Source: Alphaproteobacteria bacterium (GTDB lineage Bacteria > Pseudomonadota > Alphaproteobacteria > Micropepsales > Micropepsaceae). Taken from it: DNA of 59,932 nt. Where the stretch lies: positions 1 through 59,932 of the forward strand of contig JBEIFU010000001.1 of assembly GCA_040382295.1 (NCBI GenBank). The letters are read 5' to 3'. This document shows, piece by piece, positions 7,110 through 15,107 of the stretch. Each line of letters opens with the position of its first letter. Within the stretch, counting starts at the first letter, position 1. The notes beneath the pieces were generated by a model, which searched no databases, was not told the DNA's origin, and worked only from the letters and a program-made list of their open reading frames with translations. The position numbers and the translations under genes were made by a program.

Positions 7110-7325
7110 ATGATGATTGGCAAGAGTGGCGGATCTGGGGCGCGGATTGTGCCGGGGATCCGGTGGCGTGAGGCTGGCGAGGCGAGCCTTGCGGAGCAGC
7201 TTGCGGCGCTGGTTGCTGAGTTGCGGATCACGCGGGACGAGAGCGAGCGGGCCGAGCTGCGGGACGAGATTGCGGCGCACAAGCGTTTTATGGCTCGGGC
7301 GACGGGGAGGGCGATCCATGGGTAA
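7110..7325 (+). CDS. Hypothetical protein (71 aa)
   Basis: Start MMIGKSGG follows gagagagga. Confidence 0.45.
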   Translation: MMIGKSGGSGARIVPGIRWREAGEASLAEQLAALVAELRITRDESERAELRDEIAAHKRFMARATGRAIHG

Positions 7326-7524
7326 GGTGCTGGTGACGTATTGGGTTGGCATGGGGCAGGTGACTGACCCTGAATGCTACAAGGGCCGGGCGGCTTTGGG
7401 TGATCCTGAATGGCAGTTTTCGGACGGGCCTGTTGGGGATCGGTCAACGTCGCATGACTTCCTGACCTTGGCTGAGGGCTTGGCGGCGCTGTCGCCCTGC
7501 ATCGTGATCTGGGAGGCTGTGTGA
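7318..7524 (+). CDS. Hypothetical protein (68 aa)
   Basis: MGKVLVTYW start, 8-nt overlap with the previous stop. Confidence 0.45.
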   Translation: MGKVLVTYWVGMGQVTDPECYKGRAALGDPEWQFSDGPVGDRSTSHDFLTLAEGLAALSPCIVIWEAV

Positions 7525-7817
7525 TGGGCAAGTCTTTGGCGTGTCCCTACGTGATCGAATATCGGGATCAGGCGGGGGATTGGAACTGGTGCGTCTGGAA
7601 CGTGCGGGGCGGTGTGAATCGGACGGGGCATGGCCAGCCGACGAACGCGAACGCGGAGGCGTGGCGGGTGAAGATGAATCGGTCTTTCCAGCCGGGTGGC
7701 GTGAACGGCCATGTGTCGGACGCGCGGGGTTATGTGGTGCATATCAACGCGGTTCGGATCAAGCACAACGGGCGAGTGGTGGCGTCGTCATCCATGCCCA
7801 TGTTTGAGGCGGTATAA
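7521..7817 (+). CDS. Hypothetical protein (98 aa)
   Basis: ATGA-type coupling, normal composition. Confidence 0.5.
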   Translation: MMGKSLACPYVIEYRDQAGDWNWCVWNVRGGVNRTGHGQPTNANAEAWRVKMNRSFQPGGVNGHVSDARGYVVHINAVRIKHNGRVVASSSMPMFEAV

Positions 7818-8395
7818 TGGGCAAGCGGATGCAACCTGACCTGTTCACGCAGGGAGTTGTTGACGCGCTGTTGGCGCGGTTTGGTGACGCGGGCCGGGTG
7901 TTGTGCGCAGATCGGGCCGACTTGGTCGCGGTGCCGGGCATGAGTGAGGCGGCGGCGGACGGGTTTGACGCGGTGCGGGTTGCGGCCTTGGCGCTGCTTC
8001 GGGCGCGGGTTCAGGATCGTGACATTCTGACCTCTTGGGCGGCGGTGGTGGATTACTGCCATGCGCAAATCGCGCACAAGACGCGGGAGGCGTTTCATGT
8101 CCTGTTTCTGGACCGCAAGAACTGCCTGATTGCGGACGAGTGCATGGGGAACGGGACGGTTGACCATGTGCCAGTCTATCCGCGCGAGGTGGTTCGCCGG
8201 GCGATTGCGCTGGACGCTTCGGCGCTGGTGCTGGTGCATAATCATCCATCTGGAGACCCGACACCTTCGGACTCGGATAGGGCGATGACAGACATGATTG
8301 TGGCGGCCTGCGGGGCGCTGGGGCTGACCGTGCATGACCACATTGTTATCGGACACGGGCGGGAAACGAGTTTCAGGGCGATGGGGTGGCTGTGA
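7817..8395 (+). CDS. radC: RadC-like JAB/MPN-domain protein
   Basis: JAMM motif 'ALVLVHNHPSGDPTPSDSD' plus an N-terminal helix-hairpin-helix-like region. Confidence 0.8.
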   Translation: MGKRMQPDLFTQGVVDALLARFGDAGRVLCADRADLVAVPGMSEAAADGFDAVRVAALALLRARVQDRDILTSWAAVVDYCHAQIAHKTREAFHVLFLDRKNCLIADECMGNGTVDHVPVYPREVVRRAIALDASALVLVHNHPSGDPTPSDSDRAMTDMIVAACGALGLTVHDHIVIGHGRETSFRAMGWL

Positions 8396-8471
8396 TGACG
8401 CAGCGGTGAGGGGTGACGTGTTCACCCTGATCCCGTGCGCCATGGTGGCGGCGATGAGAGAGGGCGAGAGA

Positions 8472-9173
8472 ATGGGCGAACTGAAAGACACCGAGGGCTG
8501 GGAACTGATGGGCGGCGGCGAGATCGTCACGCATCGGGGGCGGACCTTCCGGGTTGAGGCTGAGCGCGACGACGACGCAGGCACGCCTTGGGACGACAGC
8601 GACGGACACGGGCCAGTTTCGGAGTGGACACAGCGGGCCAAGCTGCCGGGTGAAATGGTGTTGACCGAGGACCGATTCAGAAAACGCTACTACGACTTTG
8701 CCAAGGCGTGCCGGATGGCGCGGCGCGAAGGCTGGGGTTTCCTGCCTGAGCCTCTTGTGACCAAAGAGACGGCGGAAGGCTGGACCGCGACGGCGGGGAC
8801 GTTCACGGCGACGGACACGGACATCAACAAGGCAATCTCTGCGGTCTATGCCGCGCATCGGGCGACCATGACGGCGCGGGAATATGCAGCCGGGGCGGCG
8901 ATGCGCGACTTCGAGTTTCTGCGCGGCTGGTGCAAGGACGATTGGCAATTCAACATCGTGACTGTCACCGAGTTGGACGAGGACGGCGACGACAAGGAAT
9001 CCGAAAGCCTTTGCGGCGTGGACAACGCGCGGGACGAATACCTGATCGAGGTCGCGCTTGAACTGGCCGACACGATTGCAGACCGGGCTGATGAGGCTGA
9101 CGCGGTGGACCGGACTGCATGGGCGGTTGAGATGGAAGCCTCCCGCCCTGACCTTTACCAGATGGGGGCCTGA
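8472..9173 (+). CDS. Hypothetical acidic protein (start uncertain; the ORF is open from 8334)
   Basis: I chose ATG 8472 because agagagggcgagaga lies upstream. 'DDDAGTPWDDSDGHGPVSEW' motif. Confidence 0.5.
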   Translation: MGELKDTEGWELMGGGEIVTHRGRTFRVEAERDDDAGTPWDDSDGHGPVSEWTQRAKLPGEMVLTEDRFRKRYYDFAKACRMARREGWGFLPEPLVTKETAEGWTATAGTFTATDTDINKAISAVYAAHRATMTAREYAAGAAMRDFEFLRGWCKDDWQFNIVTVTELDEDGDDKESESLCGVDNARDEYLIEVALELADTIADRADEADAVDRTAWAVEMEASRPDLYQMGA

Positions 9174-9175
9174 CC

Positions 9176-9499
9176 ATGGGCGAGATATGGGTGAACATGC
9201 AGGACAAGGCGCTGTCGGGCTGGGGCTTGGCGGAGGGACGGCGCGCGATCTACTGCATCCAGTGCGACACGCGGGCCGAGGCTGACGCGATCGAGGCGGC
9301 GGCGCGGGATCGGTCGGAGATGAAACACATCGGCATCTCTGACAAGCCGCGCCGACCTGCTGGGGCCAAGGTCACGATCAGGCATATCTCGCAGATCGGC
9401 GGCGACTGGTTGAAGAAGATGGACGCGGAAACCAAGGCCGGAGTGGAGGCCAAACGGGCCGCCAGGTTGGCGCAATTCGTGGGAGGGCAAGAACCATGA
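9176..9499 (+). CDS. Hypothetical protein (107 aa)
   Basis: ORF in the coupled early operon. Confidence 0.5.
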   Translation: MGEIWVNMQDKALSGWGLAEGRRAIYCIQCDTRAEADAIEAAARDRSEMKHIGISDKPRRPAGAKVTIRHISQIGGDWLKKMDAETKAGVEAKRAARLAQFVGGQEP

Positions 9500-9804
9500 A
9501 CCTGATCCTGAACGGCGAGGGCGTTGCAACGGCGGAACTGAACCCCGGCAAGGTGCTCGACCTTGACCTGAACCTCTACGCCTACCACGGGCCGGATAAG
9601 GCGACCTTGGCCTATCTGGTCACGGTCCTGAAAGCTGGGGCAGCGGGTGATCTGGCGGCATACCGGGCCATCGTGGCAGAGGATCCGATCATGCACGACC
9701 GCGACCAGGCGGCGATCTGGGTCACACGCTACGGGACCAAGCTGACCCCGAAAGAGGCGGCACGGGTTTTTGATTGGGAACGGCGCGGGAGTTACCGGAG
9801 ATGA
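9496..9804 (+). CDS. Hypothetical protein (102 aa)
   Basis: ATGA coupling. Confidence 0.5.
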   Translation: MNLILNGEGVATAELNPGKVLDLDLNLYAYHGPDKATLAYLVTVLKAGAAGDLAAYRAIVAEDPIMHDRDQAAIWVTRYGTKLTPKEAARVFDWERRGSYRR

Positions 9805-10103
9805 GCAACCTTGAGGATCACATGGCGGAGCAAGCGCAGATCACGGCGGAATGGGAGGACCTGTGCGTGCGCAGGGCAGAGGGCGATATTCACACGCGAT
9901 GCGCCCCTGCTTGGGCTTGGGAGATCATCGACTCTGTTCTGGCCGACCGTGCGGCATGGCGGAACACGTCACGCGGGCCACCTGACATCGGCCGGGCGTG
10001 GCTCGCAATGAATTTGGCAAGCTCTGGGGTGACCTACGATCACATGGAGCGGAATCCGATCTACGAGGACGACGAACGCCTGACAGAGGAGGTAGGGCAA
10101 TGA
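9801..10103 (+). CDS. Hypothetical protein (100 aa)
   Basis: ATGA coupling at 9801. Confidence 0.5.
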   Translation: MSNLEDHMAEQAQITAEWEDLCVRRAEGDIHTRCAPAWAWEIIDSVLADRAAWRNTSRGPPDIGRAWLAMNLASSGVTYDHMERNPIYEDDERLTEEVGQ

Positions 10104-10216
10104 TTGGATATTGGAAGCTTCGCGGATTCTTTCATGCCTACGTCAAGGGGCGCAAGATCGGATCTTTCCCGACCCCGGAGGAGGCTCAAGCGGCAATCAA
10201 CAAGGAGGTGGCATGA
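10100..10216 (+). CDS. Small protein (38 aa) with an AP2-like motif
   Basis: 'GYWKLRGFFHAYVKGRKIGSFPTPEEAQAAIN' resembles the AP2/HNH-associated DNA-binding motif. ATGA coupling at both ends. Confidence 0.35.
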   Translation: MIGYWKLRGFFHAYVKGRKIGSFPTPEEAQAAINKEVA

Positions 10217-10422
10217 TGTGCGGAAGATTTGGCGCAGGAGGGACCGAGTCGACCCTGGCGGCGGTGGTGGTAGCTGAAAACCCCGCCAAGCCAGCCAGCG
10301 GCCACGCCACGAAGGCTGCGGGGGCGTTCCGTTCCGAACTGACCCCGACCGGCGAGCAATACGTTATCCCGGGGTGTGAGAAGGATCACGCGCCGGGCAT
10401 CAAGCAACTGAACCTGTTTTGA
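10213..10422 (+). CDS. Hypothetical protein (69 aa)
   Basis: ATGA coupling at 10213. Confidence 0.4.
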   Translation: MMCGRFGAGGTESTLAAVVVAENPAKPASGHATKAAGAFRSELTPTGEQYVIPGCEKDHAPGIKQLNLF

Positions 10423-10432
10423 GGGCGAGACG

Positions 10433-10696
10433 ATGACAATGACGGTTTACAGCGACAAGACGGTTTCTCTTGACGGTCGCCAAGTTGGGCGGATTGACCG
10501 CGACAGCTACGAAAAGCGGACACACAATCAGGGCGTGACCACTTTTTTCACAGCGTCCGGAGATGTCACGAAAACCGGATACGACACCCCGCATGTGATT
10601 GCCGCTATGCTTTACGTTCCGGCTCTCCCCGGCCACGTTTCGGACTGGATCATAAACCCCGAGTTTGAAGCCGAAGTTGCGAGGATCGTAGCATGA
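10433..10696 (+). CDS. Hypothetical protein (87 aa)
   Basis: ORF with gagggcgagacg upstream. Confidence 0.5.
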   Translation: MTMTVYSDKTVSLDGRQVGRIDRDSYEKRTHNQGVTTFFTASGDVTKTGYDTPHVIAAMLYVPALPGHVSDWIINPEFEAEVARIVA

Positions 10697-11130
10697 CAAT
10701 GACTGCAACCAAAGCCGACCCCTACCGCTTTTTCGTCTACCGCGCCGGGGAGTGCCACATCTGGGGCGCATGTCCGACCTATGAGCGGGCCGTCACGCTG
10801 GCGGCCGAGGCGCTGGCGCGGAATCCTGGGCCTGAATACCTGATCTCCGAGGATTGGGACGCCTTCTTTGAGGCTGCGTCGGCGCGGTTCATGACCGGGC
10901 CTGCGAAGATCGACCGCGACCGCTGGGATGACATGCTCAATATCATGCCGCTGATGCGCTGGAAAATGCGACCGGATGGCGTCGAGGTGTTCATGATCTG
11001 CGAAGCCACCTACGGCGATGTCTACACGCAATTCGGGCGCGTCGGTGATCTGTATGCTGAAAAGCCTGTCCGGCTGAACATGATCGAGACGCACCTGACC
11101 CGGGCAGAGATCGAGGCCGTCAATGTTTGA
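10693..11130 (+). CDS. Hypothetical protein (145 aa)
   Basis: ATGA coupling, globular composition. Confidence 0.55.
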   Translation: MTMTATKADPYRFFVYRAGECHIWGACPTYERAVTLAAEALARNPGPEYLISEDWDAFFEAASARFMTGPAKIDRDRWDDMLNIMPLMRWKMRPDGVEVFMICEATYGDVYTQFGRVGDLYAEKPVRLNMIETHLTRAEIEAVNV

Positions 11131-11359
11131 GATGTTCAAGGCGATCTGGAACCTGATGCGAGGGCGGGAGACACCGCCCCCGCCTGTGATCGTGGCGCGT
11201 GACGGCGGCGGGGAATACCCGCTGACCGTCATCGACGGCCACTGGACCATCCATTCAGAGTCCGGATCGGAGACCGTCCACGGGCTGGCCCATGCTGCCA
11301 GGATTGCGAGCGAGTGGGCCAAGGCTGGCGTCAAGCCACCAAAGGACATAAAGATATGA
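11123..11359 (+). CDS. Hypothetical protein (78 aa)
   Basis: Coupled ORF. Confidence 0.45.
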   Translation: MFEMFKAIWNLMRGRETPPPPVIVARDGGGEYPLTVIDGHWTIHSESGSETVHGLAHAARIASEWAKAGVKPPKDIKI

Positions 11360-12546
11360 GGGAACAAGATGACTTGGTGTTACGTCCCAGAAACGGCCTC
11401 AGCCTCTGCGCTGGGGCCGGTGGCCTTGATATGGGCCTCATGCTCGCAGAGCCCGGCTTTCACACCCGATGCTTTGTCGAGTGGGAGGATTACCCCCGGC
11501 AATCCATCATCGCCGCCCAGCGCGCCGGATACCTTACCCACGCCCCAATCTGGGACGATGTCACCACCTTCGACGGGCGACCATTCCGGGGCGCAATCGA
11601 CACAATCCTTGCCGGGTATCCCTGCCAGCCATTCAGCGCCGCTGGACAGCGCAAGGGGGACGACGACGAACGCCACCTCTGGCCCGACGTTGCCCGGATC
11701 ATCCGAGAGGTCCAACCCCGCTGGGTATTCCTTGAGAACGTCGCCGGCCATGTCAGCCTCGGCCTTGAAACCGTGCTGCGAGAACTATGGGACATGGGCT
11801 GGACGCCTGCGGCTGGCCTATTCTCAGCGGCTGAAGTCGGTGCGCCGCATGAACGGCTCAGGATCTTCATCGTGGCCTACCTTGCAGACGCGAGACATTC
11901 GCAGCGGGGATCAGCCGGGCGGGATCAGGCAGCAGCGCAAAGCGGCGACGGGATGGTCACAGAACCTGAACGACGTGGCAGAGGGGCAATGGCAGACGCC
12001 GGGATCGGACAGTTTCCGATCGAGGGGCGGGGACCGGAAGGAAGAAATGGGGCTGGATCAGCAAGCACGGGCCGCACAATGGCCGACACCAGCGGCACGG
12101 GACTGGAAGGGCGAGAACGGGGCGGATCACCTGACCAATGGGACGGGCAGGCTGCACATGGATCAGTTGCCCAACGCGGTAGCCCACGGCTTTTCCCACC
12201 CGGACCCGGTGACGCCGATGGCTGGGCCGACGCTCTCGCAGTTGCGCCCGATCTGGCGCCCGCTGCGGGCTTGGGTGATTGCCTCGCATGGGCGGGCCGT
12301 CTGGCGCAGGCTCTGGAAGGGCCGGAGCAAGCGGCGGCTCAACCCCATGTTCGTAGGATGGCTCATGGGCTGGCCTCCAGGTCACGCGCTTTGCGATTGC
12401 TCGGCAACGGAGTCGTCCCGCTGGCAGCAGCACATGCGTTTCGCTCTCTCGCAACTGCCCATGGCCTCTGGCCCGTGGATCTGGAAACCGCCCGCGCCGG
12501 TGGTGACAGAGACGCAAGGCAATCTGTTTGGGAGTTGAAGCAATGA
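11356..12546 (+). CDS. DNA (cytosine-5) methyltransferase
   Basis: Motif I 'LSLCAGAGGLDMG', IV 'GYPCQPFSAAGQRKG', VI 'VFLENVAG', VIII 'APHERLRIFIVA', X 'LLGNGVVPLAAAHA'. ATGA coupling at both ends. See the finding on the overlapping frame. Confidence 0.75.
   Translation: MREQDDLVLRPRNGLSLCAGAGGLDMGLMLAEPGFHTRCFVEWEDYPRQSIIAAQRAGYLTHAPIWDDVTTFDGRPFRGAIDTILAGYPCQPFSAAGQRKGDDDERHLWPDVARIIREVQPRWVFLENVAGHVSLGLETVLRELWDMGWTPAAGLFSAAEVGAPHERLRIFIVAYLADARHSQRGSAGRDQAAAQSGDGMVTEPERRGRGAMADAGIGQFPIEGRGPEGRNGAGSASTGRTMADTSGTGLEGRERGGSPDQWDGQAAHGSVAQRGSPRLFPPGPGDADGWADALAVAPDLAPAAGLGDCLAWAGRLAQALEGPEQAAAQPHVRRMAHGLASRSRALRLLGNGVVPLAAAHAFRSLATAHGLWPVDLETARAGGDRDARQSVWELKQ
11369..12538 (+). CDS. Alternative (+1) frame fully open across the methylase gene, carrying WxTP repeats and an 'RLNPMFVGWLMGWPPG' motif
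   Basis: 'SSSWPTLQTRD','GQWQTPGSDS','AQWPTPAARDWKG','RRLNPMFVGWLMGWPPGH'. In the second half the third-position G/C is higher than in the methylase frame. Status unresolved. Confidence 0.3.
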   Translation: MTWCYVPETASASALGPVALIWASCSQSPAFTPDALSSGRITPGNPSSPPSAPDTLPTPQSGTMSPPSTGDHSGAQSTQSLPGIPASHSAPLDSARGTTTNATSGPTLPGSSERSNPAGYSLRTSPAMSASALKPCCENYGTWAGRLRLAYSQRLKSVRRMNGSGSSSWPTLQTRDIRSGDQPGGIRQQRKAATGWSQNLNDVAEGQWQTPGSDSFRSRGGDRKEEMGLDQQARAAQWPTPAARDWKGENGADHLTNGTGRLHMDQLPNAVAHGFSHPDPVTPMAGPTLSQLRPIWRPLRAWVIASHGRAVWRRLWKGRSKRRLNPMFVGWLMGWPPGHALCDCSATESSRWQQHMRFALSQLPMASGPWIWKPPAPVVTETQGNLFGS

Positions 12547-12803
12547 AATCCTACCATGTGCTGCTCATCCGTCAGCAACTCAAGCTCACGCAAGCGCAGA
12601 TGGCGCTGGCCATGGGCATCAGCCTGACCCACTGGCGCAACATCGAGCGCGGGCGGGCCGAGACCGGGCCGTTGGTTGACCGCGTCCTGCGCCTTTTGGA
12701 GGACGGCACGATCAGGCCCGAGGATCTGACCGACGGCAAGCCCTACGTTCCCGAGGCGGTGTTTGTGTCTGGCCGCTCGAACAGCGGGGTTGACTTCCAG
12801 TAA
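12543..12803 (+). CDS. XRE-family HTH transcriptional regulator
   Basis: 'LIRQQLKLTQAQMALAMGISLTHWRNIERGR'. ATGA coupling to the methylase stop. Confidence 0.7.
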   Translation: MKSYHVLLIRQQLKLTQAQMALAMGISLTHWRNIERGRAETGPLVDRVLRLLEDGTIRPEDLTDGKPYVPEAVFVSGRSNSGVDFQ

Positions 12804-12961
12804 TCCGCCGGCAGGCACGACAGGCAGAACCACTCGCCATCACGACCGGACCGCCAAGCCACGCCCCTTCCAAAGGGGGCGTGTTTTTCTTTGCAAACCA
12901 CACACGGAAAGGTCCGGACCGCCGACTTCTTGGGCTGCTCCCCGAACAGATCACCCTGCAT
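12743..12961 (-). CDS. Small zinc-ribbon protein (72 aa)
   Basis: 'MQGDLFGEQPKK...CVVCKEKH...CLSCLPADYW'. G/C-rich third positions. Overlaps the 3' end of the XRE gene convergently by 61 nt. Confidence 0.45.
   Translation of the reverse strand: MQGDLFGEQPKKSAVRTFPCVVCKEKHAPFGRGVAWRSGRDGEWFCLSCLPADYWKSTPLFERPDTNTASGT
12861..12892 (+). terminator. Rho-independent terminator of the early (+) operon
   Basis: ACGCCCC-ttccaaa-GGGGCGT followed by GTTTTTCTTTG. It lies inside the convergent minus-strand ORF 12743..12961. Confidence 0.55.
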
Positions 12962-13559
12962 CGTTAAACCTCTCGCTGTCATTGCCCCAGACTGACCAGC
13001 CCCGACGATGCGACCGGCTGAACAGCTCGCACCTAGGCCCCAGGTACAGCCGCTCGATCGCCTCGTACTGCTGATCGGGCTTGCGGCTGTGCTCACGGAC
13101 CCGCGCCACGATCAACTCGCGGATCCCGAGATCAAGGCGGCGCGGGGATCCACGCATGAACAGCCAGCAATCTTCGGTCTGGCGGCGCGTCCCGTGGCCA
13201 AGGCCCATGAACCACGTCGCCTGATCGAACGCCTGCGCATCGGCGGCGGCCCCCTTGTTGACCTTCGCCCATGTGAACGCCTTCGAGCTGAACGTGAAAC
13301 CCCAACGCCGCGCTAGATCGAACGCCTGCGGGGTGTGACTCGAGGTCGACCACATGAACAGCGCGCAATCGGACGCGGCCAGCCGGGCCACGGGCAGGGC
13401 GGCCATGTCATCGAAGCTCATGGTCGGATAGTGCTGCTCTGGCGCGCGCTGCGGCACACCGCTTCCGCTCTCGGAATACCCAGCGAAGTGCCAGGGCGGA
13501 TCACACGGGATCACGCCATACCCTCCAACGGACAAAGTCCCAAACGGCCACTCACCCAT
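12951..13559 (-). CDS. MT-A70-family N6-adenine DNA methyltransferase
   Basis: 'VIPCDPPWHF' (DPPW), 'CALFMWST','SRKPDQQYEAIERL'. Confidence 0.8.
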   Translation of the reverse strand: MGEWPFGTLSVGGYGVIPCDPPWHFAGYSESGSGVPQRAPEQHYPTMSFDDMAALPVARLAASDCALFMWSTSSHTPQAFDLARRWGFTFSSKAFTWAKVNKGAAADAQAFDQATWFMGLGHGTRRQTEDCWLFMRGSPRRLDLGIRELIVARVREHSRKPDQQYEAIERLYLGPRCELFSRSHRRGWSVWGNDSERFNDAG

Positions 13560-13761
13560 TGAACCACCGGATCGCTGACGCGGTCATGAGGCGGGCAATC
13601 TCGAACATCGCCCAGCCGACCAAGATCGAGAACACCATGGCGCGCAACACCATCAGGACGGCGACCACCAGATAGGCAAAGCTGCCGGGCTCAAGTTCCG
13701 GCTTCTCGTCGTCCTCGGGGGGTTCGTGCTTTGGAAACCTGACAATCTCACCCACGATCAT
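13552..13761 (-). CDS. Small membrane protein (start uncertain; the ORF is open to 13812)
   Basis: 'FAYLVVAVLMVLRAMVFSILVGWAMFEIA' forms two hydrophobic segments. Confidence 0.45.
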   Translation of the reverse strand: MIVGEIVRFPKHEPPEDDEKPELEPGSFAYLVVAVLMVLRAMVFSILVGWAMFEIARLMTASAIRWFNG

Positions 13762-14446
13762 GAAACCCCGGCTCATCCATCCAGTCATTCCCGGCGCCCT
13801 CGACAACCTCATCCTTCACTGCCGCCGCGCGCATCCCTGCCGCCATCAGCGGGTTTGCCAAGCGCGCCTTGCGAAGCGCCTGCATCTCCGCGCTGTCGGG
13901 CACAACCGTCTCCGTCCAGTGCGGTTTGCCTTGAAGTTCAGTGTACTGAAAGTCCTCGACCGTCAGGGCCATGGGGTTGCGTTTCACCGCCTCAATCCGC
14001 TTGGGCGTAAACCCGGCGCTGTGCAGAGCCTTCTCAGCCCTTTCCTTTTCACCATCAGACCTCGAGGTGTGAACAGCCGTGATCTGCAATCTTTCCCGGT
14101 ATGCCAGCTCATCGGCCATCGGCGCCATGGCCCGGCTTGCCAAGAGCCCGATCTCAGCCGGTGAAGGGCGGCGGCTCATGGTCCGCGCCCATTCGTCGAA
14201 ACCCTTTGCAACCGCCCACTTCGGCAGATGCGTGAGAGCCCTTCGAAACTCCTCCAGCATGGCAGCCCGATCTTGGGGATCCATGTCGGGATCAAAGTAA
14301 AGTTTCAGAACCACACGCGCCCGGTCCAGCACATAGGCATCATCGCCCGGCGAACGGATCGCTAGGGTCAGGTCCGCGCTTGATCTCTCCTGCAGCGAGA
14401 CGACGTGTGTATTCCCTGTGGGCAGCGTCAAATTGTTTCCGGTCAT
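13748..14446 (-). CDS. Hypothetical protein (232 aa), replication-module associated
   Basis: Start MTGNNL follows aacggaggcaaag. Overlaps the upstream DUF1376 gene by 107 nt. Confidence 0.55.
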   Translation of the reverse strand: MTGNNLTLPTGNTHVVSLQERSSADLTLAIRSPGDDAYVLDRARVVLKLYFDPDMDPQDRAAMLEEFRRALTHLPKWAVAKGFDEWARTMSRRPSPAEIGLLASRAMAPMADELAYRERLQITAVHTSRSDGEKERAEKALHSAGFTPKRIEAVKRNPMALTVEDFQYTELQGKPHWTETVVPDSAEMQALRKARLANPLMAAGMRAAAVKDEVVEGAGNDWMDEPGFHDRG

Positions 14447-15107
14447 CTTTGCCTCCGTTGATCCCCTTGGGTGTTGGTTTTCTCTCGATCGCCGTGCGGA
14501 CCCAATTCCGCCACGTCGCATGCCAATCGAGCTTGGACGCCGTCGCCCCAGCCCTCGAGTGCCAGTAGTCTTTGAACTTCTCGGACTCAGATCGGATCTC
14601 GCCTTCGGTCATACCCTCAGCAAGCGCCCACTCACCCCAATCCATGGGCAAGAACCAGTCCACAGGAAGCCGCGCAGCTCGCTTGCGTGGCAAAGAAGCT
14701 TTAGCTTCTTCTTTCTTCTCTGGTTCTGGTTCTGTATGGTTAAGCCGTGGCTGAGCCGTGGCTTCGGTTAAGCCTTTGTTTGTCTTAGGTTTCGATCCGT
14801 TTTCGCGCTGTTTATCCCGCATCATCTTCAAATTATCTACCTCCAAACTTGCGCGAAAGTTGGAGATAATTCCGTTTTCAGCTATCAGCTTGCCCGCTGA
14901 GATCAGCTTTTCACGGTATCCGTTCCACGCCCTGACCGAGCATCCAAGCAGGCCGGAGATGTAGCGAGCGTCATCAGGAAGGTTCCCGCCCTGCATGTAA
15001 ATCAGGTCCAGCGTCAGCCGGTATGCGCCCTTCAATTCAAACGGCATCCCTATGGTGCCTTCCATGAAGTCGCGGGGGTATGCCTTGTAGTAGGGGAGAC
15101 CGTTCAT
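14340..15107 (-). CDS. DUF1376 (YdaU-like) replication organiser protein
   Basis: N-terminus 'YYKAYPRDFMEGTIGMPFELKGAYRLTLDLIYMQGGNLPDD' is typical of DUF1376, followed by a basic and acidic linker. Confidence 0.6.
   Translation of the reverse strand: MNGLPYYKAYPRDFMEGTIGMPFELKGAYRLTLDLIYMQGGNLPDDARYISGLLGCSVRAWNGYREKLISAGKLIAENGIISNFRASLEVDNLKMMRDKQRENGSKPKTNKGLTEATAQPRLNHTEPEPEKKEEAKASLPRKRAARLPVDWFLPMDWGEWALAEGMTEGEIRSESEKFKDYWHSRAGATASKLDWHATWRNWVRTAIERKPTPKGINGGKDDRKQFDAAHREYTRRLAAGEIKRGPDPSDPFAGR

Noticed and set aside
6614-7531. A 305-aa minus-strand ORF, together with 6571..7089 and 6828..7352, lies opposite the early plus-strand genes.
   Set aside because: The composition is Pro/Ser/Ala/Arg-rich and junk-like, with no RBS or gene coupling. 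It lies antisense to a chain of well-coupled plus-strand ORFs. This is a typical stop-poor shadow frame of GC-rich DNA.
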